Positions 57,141 through 64,000 of a stretch of 64,000 bases of DNA are shown here, piece by piece. The position numbers were made by a program, and so were the translations under genes. The stretch is from a virus. The notes beneath the pieces are model-generated. The model searched no databases. It was not told the DNA's origin and saw nothing but the letters and a program-made list of their open reading frames with translations. Position 1 is the stretch's first letter, and the number at the start of each line of letters is the position of its first letter. The DNA lies in IMG/VR virus record IMGVR_UViG_3300035171_000016, positions 83,761 to 147,760 of that record, one strand, 5' to 3'.

Positions 57141-58073
57141 CTATGATACTTTATCGTTAACTATAGGCACGGGCATATATTGGTTTATTTCTTCTGATTT
57201 TAATATCTTGAATAATTCAGGATGTTTTAATTTTTGTTCTTCGATATATTTAAGAATTTCTGGATTTTCCCATTTACGAGCGAGTTTAGGAACAGGAAAC
57301 TGGCGGAGATAGTCTATAATAATGGCGGCGGCAATATCTTGTATAGCAAAATAATAACATCCATTTTTCATTTTAGTATCCTTACTCTTTTTTACTGAAT
57401 ACCCATTTTTATAAATGTTATTTAGCTTACTATGAATCCATTCGACTACAGGAGATATGGCCGCTACAAAACCTATAGATATTCTGTTTTGATTTTTATA
57501 TTTAAATATCCATCCATCACCATCTATGGCACCAATAATATAAGCATATTCTAAATACTCATTATTTATATTGGGCGGCTGTAATGTATATGTTTTTCTA
57601 GGAGTAATATTAAAATGTCTAAATAAATCTTCGTGCCACTTTTTAGCTTTATGTATGGCAATATAACAAACTTCCATTAAATCATCACTTTTATATTTTT
57701 TTCTAGTATGAACCACAACCCTTCCGTTAAAACCTACTTCTTTTTTAAAATTATGCAATAAATCTACGTCTTTAGATGATAAATTTATTTGAAATAAACT
57801 TCCGTTTGTTCCTAGATTTCCGTCTGTTGCTATAAATCCTCCATAATAACAATTAATTAGATTTAAATTTTTCCAATAATCATTATTTATGGTATATTTT
57901 GAATCTCTATATCCACTTACTAAACCTAGTTTAATAGATTTTTTTTGTAATGAAGAAGCGGTTCTGTTTGGAAAATATTGTATCATTTTATTAAAACTTA
58001 ATTTTCCAGTTAATTCTTTTAGTTTATTTTCTTCTTCTTTAGACCAATTATTATATGTTAATGTAGCTCTCAT
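57141..58073 (-). CDS. LAGLIDADG homing endonuclease
   Basis: YYGGFIATDG and YIIGAIDGDG; Myb-like N-terminus WSKEEE..L; LARKW. Confidence 0.85.
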   Translation of the reverse strand: MRATLTYNNWSKEEENKLKELTGKLSFNKMIQYFPNRTASSLQKKSIKLGLVSGYRDSKYTINNDYWKNLNLINCYYGGFIATDGNLGTNGSLFQINLSSKDVDLLHNFKKEVGFNGRVVVHTRKKYKSDDLMEVCYIAIHKAKKWHEDLFRHFNITPRKTYTLQPPNINNEYLEYAYIIGAIDGDGWIFKYKNQNRISIGFVAAISPVVEWIHSKLNNIYKNGYSVKKSKDTKMKNGCYYFAIQDIAAAIIIDYLRQFPVPKLARKWENPEILKYIEEQKLKHPELFKILKSEEINQYMPVPIVNDKVS

Positions 58074-58122
58074 ATTTTATTATAGTAACTTGTCTAGTGT
58101 TATTAAACCATAAAAGTATAAT

Positions 58123-58150
58123 AAAAAACTCCAGCTTTTAACTGGAGTTT
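58123..58150 (-). terminator. intrinsic terminator after major capsid gene
   Basis: AAACTCCAGT-TAAAA-GCTGGAGTTTTTT on the minus strand. Confidence 0.75.
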
Positions 58151-58168
58151 GTGATAAACTTTATATTA

Positions 58169-59308
58169 TTATAGGCACAATCCTAATACAGCCCTTGAAT
58201 CTAGGGCAACTCTGCCTTCCCGTACCTGTGCCCAGAAACCAATCTTGTCAGAGCGAAGCGGGAACGAATCGTCAACATTGACGGTTACAGTACCACCAGT
58301 ATCGCCGCCAGTTTCAACTGCGCGAGCAAATGCTTTGCGAGTTAGGTCAACACCTACGCAAATTTCGTTGGTAGAGGTGCTGAACGTGCTGCCAGCCGGG
58401 TTAATGTTACCAGTAGCATAAACACCGAATAGGTTGTTATACTTACCACCGATACCAAGTTCGTTTAGGTCGGTAATGTTGATACCGAAGATGTCAGACG
58501 TACCAGCAGATTCGTAAATCTGTTGACGAACGGCATCAGGTAGAGCAACCGCAGTCGTATTAGTATAGTTAGCAACCGTAGCACCAACAGCCGTCGGGCC
58601 TAGCTTGGTGTTCATCGGGTTGTAAGCAAACGCACGAATCTGAGCTTTTACTTCGGGAGATACGAATAAATCCGTAATACCTTTTGAGTAAGGAGCAGTA
58701 GGAGTACCGTTAGCGTATGAGGCGTTAATTCTGCGAGCCTTAGTAATTAACTTGCTTAGGTCATCAAGAAGGAAAACACCAGTTGTGCTAGCAGCAGCTA
58801 CGTTACCAGTAGCAGTACCATTAACTAGCTGAGTAGCACCACCAAGAGCGGCTAGAATAACAGCCCATCCTTGTAGTTCCTGCTTAACTAGAATTTCGTT
58901 AATCATTCTCTCTACAGAGTTAGAAAGAATCGGTAGGTTGGACTTACGAGCGAATTTCTTACGGAACGATACAGCAGAGCTAATATCGTAGTAGGAAACG
59001 CGAGCTTCGTCGCTAGAATACATTTCGGAAGTCGGAAGACCGCCACCCATTGACGAACTCCAAACCTGAACAGCGTTTACGCCTTCACCGTGGAGGAAAT
59101 CAAGAGGAATTGACGGAGCCTCGTCTTCACCGAACGCATAGTCATTATAAATTAATGACGCCGTACCGGACTGCATTAGAACGAGTTGGATAACAGGCCA
59201 AATACCGGCAGCAAAAGCTTCGGCGGCTTCCATAGAGACCTGACCGTTGCGGCTACCCATAGCCTTGACTAGTTCAATGTGTTCAGGTGTATTTTTTAGT
59301 TCAATCAT
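58169..59308 (-). CDS. major capsid protein
   Basis: 379 aa, strongest codon bias in the window, follows protease and decoration genes, DLFVSPE motif, terminator after it. Confidence 0.78.
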   Translation of the reverse strand: MIELKNTPEHIELVKAMGSRNGQVSMEAAEAFAAGIWPVIQLVLMQSGTASLIYNDYAFGEDEAPSIPLDFLHGEGVNAVQVWSSSMGGGLPTSEMYSSDEARVSYYDISSAVSFRKKFARKSNLPILSNSVERMINEILVKQELQGWAVILAALGGATQLVNGTATGNVAAASTTGVFLLDDLSKLITKARRINASYANGTPTAPYSKGITDLFVSPEVKAQIRAFAYNPMNTKLGPTAVGATVANYTNTTAVALPDAVRQQIYESAGTSDIFGINITDLNELGIGGKYNNLFGVYATGNINPAGSTFSTSTNEICVGVDLTRKAFARAVETGGDTGGTVTVNVDDSFPLRSDKIGFWAQVREGRVALDSRAVLGLCL

Positions 59309-59353
59309 ATTATTTTTTCTTTAAATTGTTATATTTTTTATTAAATATTGATA

Positions 59354-59905
59354 TTAGTAATTTACATCAAGATGAACCATGATATAACCATTGCTATCCA
59401 TCGGGCCATAGAACTTACCAACCTTGGTTGATAGAGTTGAAGAGCCAGTTGTGGTAATCGTGCTACCATCATTAAATAGATAAGCAGTTTCGCCACCTTT
59501 AGCATTTGCAGCATGAGCACCGCTATATTCTACGAAACCACGGCGAACAATCGGAATCGCCCAACCAGACGGACGAGCCTGCATACGTTCGGCCTTGTCA
59601 GGATGAAGAATAAGCTTTTCGCCGTTTTCGTCAGTTTCACGAGCATCGTAAAGTAGGAAACCTACTACGTTATCACCGGAGGCGGTACAAACACCAACCT
59701 GCGCTTGAACACCGTAACGGTTTGAAATGAAGTTTTGATATGTCGCGCCAACTGAGCCGTATGAGCTAGGGCCAGCTTGGTCAGCATAAAAACCAGAAAC
59801 GATTTTAACCGGAGTACCTTTAAGGGTCGGATACGTTCCGCTGAAAGCAAAGAACGGGATAATTTCGTGGTCGCTAATGTCGCGTAGGGGTCTTAAATTA
59901 GGCAT
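59354..59905 (-). CDS. capsid decoration/cement protein
   Basis: Between protease and MCP; G.PVK...G.LL.D..E.DENGE pattern. Confidence 0.55.
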   Translation of the reverse strand: MPNLRPLRDISDHEIIPFFAFSGTYPTLKGTPVKIVSGFYADQAGPSSYGSVGATYQNFISNRYGVQAQVGVCTASGDNVVGFLLYDARETDENGEKLILHPDKAERMQARPSGWAIPIVRRGFVEYSGAHAANAKGGETAYLFNDGSTITTTGSSTLSTKVGKFYGPMDSNGYIMVHLDVNY

Positions 59906-59940
59906 AATATTTTTTTATTTTTATTTTTACTTGATGTTAT

Positions 59941-59966
59941 TTACAATTTATTTTTTAAATGTGAAA
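59941..59966 (-). promoter_or_regulatory. putative phage late promoter (capsid operon)
   Basis: TTTCAC-N14-TTGTAA. Confidence 0.55.
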
Positions 59967-59988
59967 TTTTATTTTAATATTTCTTTAA

Positions 59989-61839
59989 TTATTTACGGTT
60001 CTTACGTTTATCTACAATTTCCCAACCTTCTACACCGAAAGCTTTCTTAGCTCTTTCAGCAAGAGATTCCTGTTTTGCGGCAGCATTAGGAATAAGATTC
60101 TTTTTGTCTTCTTCGCCATTTTTAAGGGCGTCATCAACACTAGCCTTAGCTTCTTTCTTGTTGCCGTCTTTGTCTTCTTGATTATCATCTTTTCCGCCGT
60201 CCTTAGCGTCTTCTTCTTTAGCTTTCTTGCTCTTCTTTTTAGCAGCTAGGAGAACATCAATTTCAGCTAGATAAGCGTTAAACTCATCATCAGAAGCAAG
60301 AGTTTTGACCTTATTAGCGACGATTTCTTTTTGCTTATCATCTAGGTCAAATGAATTTTCGATAGACTCCATACGAGCAGAGAACGCATCAAGCTGTTCG
60401 CGTTCTTGATTAGCTTTAAGAAGCTTATTATGCTCCGCCGTAACTTTTTCTAGATTTTCTTGAATTTCTTTTACAGACTTATTTAATTTTTCGGCGTTTT
60501 CATTGGCAGCTTTAATAGCGTTGTCCTTTTCGGCAATCTTGCTGGTAAAGTCTTCTGAAATTTTCTTAATACCATCTTCTACTAATTGTTTAGCACTAGA
60601 AGCAAACAATTCTTTAATCCCTGAGGAATTAATTTCTTTTAAATTCTCGTCCGTAAGTTGTTCAATTTTGTCAATTTTCATTGGTAGTATATTTTTTTCG
60701 TTATTAGTTATTACATCTGTTTCATTAGCTTGTGAAATATTATTTTTAATATTATCTAATTTAGCTAAACATTCTTTACATCCATTTTCAACAATTTCAA
60801 TATTTTTGGAAGATTCCATACATCTACACTGTGAAATTATAGTTCCACAAGAACATTTAACGGTCTTATGTTCGTGTGCAAAAGATTCAATATTATTTGA
60901 TAATTTAATATCCTTTATCTCATTAATATTAAGCTCTTTAGATAGTATAGAGCAATTATGAATACTAATATTAGCAACAATGGAACCATCGTTCATTTCA
61001 ATATCACAGATATGATAACCCATACCTGATTCTGGTAGATTTTTTAGTTTTTCAATTAATTCATCATTTAAATTAATAGAAGCATTAGATTCTTCCGCTT
61101 TAACTACAATCGGGTCTAATTGTCCAGCCGGATTTTCAACCAATCCAACACCCAAACAAACAACTTCTCCGATTGGAACGCGGCCTATTTTTTTACCATC
61201 ATCGGTAAATCCGTTTCCGCCATAAGCCAATAATTTCTTAGATAATTCGTTAATTTCTTTCTGGTCAGTTATTAGTTTTCCTTCTGCAAAATCATATTTA
61301 TTTTTATCAATAATTAATAAATTATATTCATCAAAAGCCACTTCCCAAGAGCAATAAACCTTACCTTTTAATTCAGAGGTAGATTCATTAATATTCTTAA
61401 TTGCGTCGGCAAGTTCTGGATTTGGGGCGCACCAAATTATACCAGTTATAGTTACTGCTAAAGGCTCGGTCATTTTTTCCGCTACTTCTGCGCTGATTTC
61501 TTTTCCAGTTTTAATATCTGTATATTTAGAATCAACAATAACCCCAACAAGATTTTTACGAGAATGCTCTAAATCTATAAAACCTAATGGAGCACTTTCT
61601 TTTAATTTTGCTCCTTCTGGCATTTGTACGCCATCAGAATTCAAATTTAATTTATTTATTAAAAAAGCTTCTGATTCAAATAACTGGAAACCAATGTTTT
61701 CCGTAAGATTTACGTCTTTAGGAAGTAGTTTAGATAAATTAGAATTTTTAGAAGCAAAAGATAAAATTCTTTCTGTATTATTTGAATCTACAGGAAGAAT
61801 TTTTGCCGCAAAAGTTATTTTATGTTTAAATTCTTTCAT
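59989..61839 (-). CDS. prohead protease/scaffold protein
   Basis: N.N.DG, IDLEH...VG, CSWE, G.GLVENPA, long coiled-coil C-terminus. Confidence 0.72.
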   Translation of the reverse strand: MKEFKHKITFAAKILPVDSNNTERILSFASKNSNLSKLLPKDVNLTENIGFQLFESEAFLINKLNLNSDGVQMPEGAKLKESAPLGFIDLEHSRKNLVGVIVDSKYTDIKTGKEISAEVAEKMTEPLAVTITGIIWCAPNPELADAIKNINESTSELKGKVYCSWEVAFDEYNLLIIDKNKYDFAEGKLITDQKEINELSKKLLAYGGNGFTDDGKKIGRVPIGEVVCLGVGLVENPAGQLDPIVVKAEESNASINLNDELIEKLKNLPESGMGYHICDIEMNDGSIVANISIHNCSILSKELNINEIKDIKLSNNIESFAHEHKTVKCSCGTIISQCRCMESSKNIEIVENGCKECLAKLDNIKNNISQANETDVITNNEKNILPMKIDKIEQLTDENLKEINSSGIKELFASSAKQLVEDGIKKISEDFTSKIAEKDNAIKAANENAEKLNKSVKEIQENLEKVTAEHNKLLKANQEREQLDAFSARMESIENSFDLDDKQKEIVANKVKTLASDDEFNAYLAEIDVLLAAKKKSKKAKEEDAKDGGKDDNQEDKDGNKKEAKASVDDALKNGEEDKKNLIPNAAAKQESLAERAKKAFGVEGWEIVDKRKNRK

Positions 61840-61859
61840 TTTAAATAAAAGAATATCAA

Positions 61860-62234
61860 TTATTTACTAGCAGTATCGCCTTTAACGATAAAGAGGTCTT
61901 GAGAAGCATAAATCTTCTTCTTGGAAGCCTCAAAGTCGTCGGCCAAGCCTAACGCAGCAAGGGCTTTATTCATTTTACCAGCACCATTAATAGCGGGTAA
62001 ATGACCAACCGAGTGACCATCCTGATAAGCATACATTGAAGCTGAAATTCTATCCATTCTGCTATGTAAATTTTCAGCAACGCTATAAATAGCCCTCATA
62101 CAATCGTTAAATTGAGATTTGTTATCTACTTTATCGCTAGATACTGAGTCGGAAGCGATTAATTTTTGTAATTTTCCTAGTTCGCTAGCAAAAGACTGAG
62201 ATAATTCCGATAATTCTTGGCGTTCTTTGTTCAT
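61860..62234 (-). CDS. hypothetical late protein
   Basis: GTGTAA at 62256-62261 upstream. Confidence 0.6.
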   Translation of the reverse strand: MNKERQELSELSQSFASELGKLQKLIASDSVSSDKVDNKSQFNDCMRAIYSVAENLHSRMDRISASMYAYQDGHSVGHLPAINGAGKMNKALAALGLADDFEASKKKIYASQDLFIVKGDTASK

Positions 62235-62265
62235 AAATAGTATATTTTTATTATTTTACACATTT

Positions 62266-62982
62266 TTAGCTAAATTTATTCCAATCTTTTTCAAACCAAT
62301 TAAGTATATCATTATTTTGTCTAATATTAGTCTTTAAATGTAAGATTTTGGTATTATAATCAGGCCTTTTTGGGTAGTAATAGTAATTATATTCATCTGT
62401 AGTTAATATTTTTATCTTAATGCCGTCTAAATTAAAAATGTTACCATAACATGACTCGTTTAATTCTGAACACCTTAATACTAATCTATTTATCGCTTCT
62501 TGGTCAGAAAAATACATAGTATTATTAATTTCTTCAATCCATAAATCTATAAATTTTAAAGTATTTGCATTATATTTAAAAAATATTACTCCAGCATTTA
62601 TAAAACCGCTCCATAACGGATATGGAGTTGCTTTTTCGTTCTGTCTTCGCATAGTAAAGGCAATATCGAAATCATCATTAAATACCTTGTCATAGTTTTT
62701 AATAGCAAAGGCATCTGCGTCCATCCATGTAATATTTTGTTTGTATTTATTTAATGCCGATTTAATAATTAGTGGTTTATATGGAATTACCCCAACCATA
62801 TCTTTAGACTCTAGTTTATTCGCATCTATTTTTTTATAAAAATCATTTAAATTAAAAACCTCTCCAATACTCATAGTACCTTCTATGTCATAAATAGTAG
62901 GATTATATCCTAGTTTTTTATTTTGAATTGTAGATAGCTCTAAAATCCTTTTATAGTCTTTACTGGCGGCAGTAATAATCAT
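62266..62982 (-). CDS. nucleotide-diphospho-sugar transferase (GT-A, GT77/GT34-like)
   Basis: YKP..I, WMDADA, INAGVIFF, SDQEAIN, ILHLK. Confidence 0.78.
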   Translation of the reverse strand: MIITAASKDYKRILELSTIQNKKLGYNPTIYDIEGTMSIGEVFNLNDFYKKIDANKLESKDMVGVIPYKPLIIKSALNKYKQNITWMDADAFAIKNYDKVFNDDFDIAFTMRRQNEKATPYPLWSGFINAGVIFFKYNANTLKFIDLWIEEINNTMYFSDQEAINRLVLRCSELNESCYGNIFNLDGIKIKILTTDEYNYYYYPKRPDYNTKILHLKTNIRQNNDILNWFEKDWNKFS

Positions 62983-62995
62983 AATTTATTTAATA

Positions 62996-64000
62996 TTAGC
63001 TATTAGTTATTCTACGATTATTAATTAAAATTGAATTACCACCAACTCCACCCGCTTGACTCATTATTTCTCCAGTAAACGTAGAGTATTTAGTTAAGTT
63101 AAGGGGTCTAGCCGTATATAGTACGGTAGTTAGATTATGATTTTGATTTACTGAAAATATTTGACAGTCAGAACCTAACATTCCAGTAGGATTTGCATAT
63201 CCAGAATATTGAAATGAATAAATTGTATGGCCACCAATAGTAACACTACCAGCAGATATATCATTATAGACAATAGCATTGTCACTTAAATATAATCCAG
63301 TAGAAATATCTATTCCATTAGAAAGAGCAATAGCATCTAAGCTATCATAAAAACTTAAACTTATATAAAGCTTATTTGAACCACGAAATTTAGATGCCGC
63401 TGTTGGATGAAATATATGACCGCCACTAGGGTCAAAATCAAATCTTGTTTTAGACACACATTTATAAAATCCGGTTCTTACTGCCGTTTCTAATTTGGGA
63501 AATTGTCCAGTCCAAGCATAAATATATCCACCTACTAAATTAGAATTAAAAGCCCCGCTCATGTATAAAATATTAATTCCGCCATTTGAATCCATATAGT
63601 TTAAGCTATCATATCCCGTTCCAGAATTAAGAGTAAATCCTGTTCCTAAATAATATCCAGTATTTAAAGATGGTTGGGTTGGAATATTATTACCCATTTC
63701 TATTCCGGTTTGTCTTGGATTATGAATAGCTATTACATCATAGCCCTGATTAAAAGCTACCCATCCATTTTCACTCGCCCCCCCTACCAGATTTCCAGCA
63801 GAAGTATTTCCATTGGTATCATGCGCCTCAATAACCACCTGATAATCTCGATATGGCCCGCCTGATATTGATGCGTTAGTATCTAAATCAAAAGTCCATT
63901 GTCCTTGATGCGTATTTCCGTCAATAATTAAACCCGTAGCTTCGTATAAAATGTTTTGACTAGGAATCCTAGAATATTGTTCTAATCCATTTAAGCTTCT
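62996..64000 (-). CDS. putative virion structural protein (5' end beyond window)
   Basis: Frame is open from 64000 into the listed ORF; G/S/T/N-rich. Confidence 0.55.
   Translation of the reverse strand, partial: RSLNGLEQYSRIPSQNILYEATGLIIDGNTHQGQWTFDLDTNASISGGPYRDYQVVIEAHDTNGNTSAGNLVGGASENGWVAFNQGYDVIAIHNPRQTGIEMGNNIPTQPSLNTGYYLGTGFTLNSGTGYDSLNYMDSNGGINILYMSGAFNSNLVGGYIYAWTGQFPKLETAVRTGFYKCVSKTRFDFDPSGGHIFHPTAASKFRGSNKLYISLSFYDSLDAIALSNGIDISTGLYLSDNAIVYNDISAGSVTIGGHTIYSFQYSGYANPTGMLGSDCQIFSVNQNHNLTTVLYTARPLNLTKYSTFTGEIMSQAGGVGGNSILINNRRITNS

Noticed and set aside
1-64000. CRISPR array, tRNA/rRNA genes, integrase
   Set aside because: No regularly spaced repeats, cloverleaf/T-loop signatures or recombinase motifs were seen. 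Intergenic gaps other than 1949-2541 are short.

Overview
The window is 64 kb from a large, AT-rich tailed dsDNA phage (Caudoviricetes, probably with a long non-contractile tail) that uses the standard genetic code. The left part (1-22.5 kb) holds early and replication genes: primase, dNMP kinase, a sigma-like factor, class II RNR, DnaE split into PHP, DEDDh exonuclease and catalytic genes, two TAGT/GREB1-like glycosyltransferases, a DUF4326-NADAR fusion and a Whirly-like SSB. The middle (22.5-37 kb) holds the terminase, an ERCC4 nuclease, a second sigma-like factor, an SSAP/SSB pair, glycosyltransferases, a portal with an N-terminal HTH and a tail-tube paralog. The right part (37-64 kb) holds the tape measure, tail, neck, capsid and protease genes plus a trio of signal-peptide-bearing proteins. 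The most notable signals are: a highly structured, strand-specific ~330-nt candidate ncRNA starting immediately after an HNH nuclease gene; a phage-specific late promoter motif (TTTCAC-N13/14-GTGTAW) with largely leaderless genes; apparent GATC and CCWGG avoidance; eight glycosyltransferases; and a fossil LAGLIDADG fragment inside the split polymerase locus. No tRNA, rRNA, CRISPR array or integrase was seen. All protein calls come from motif recognition by eye, not from database searches.
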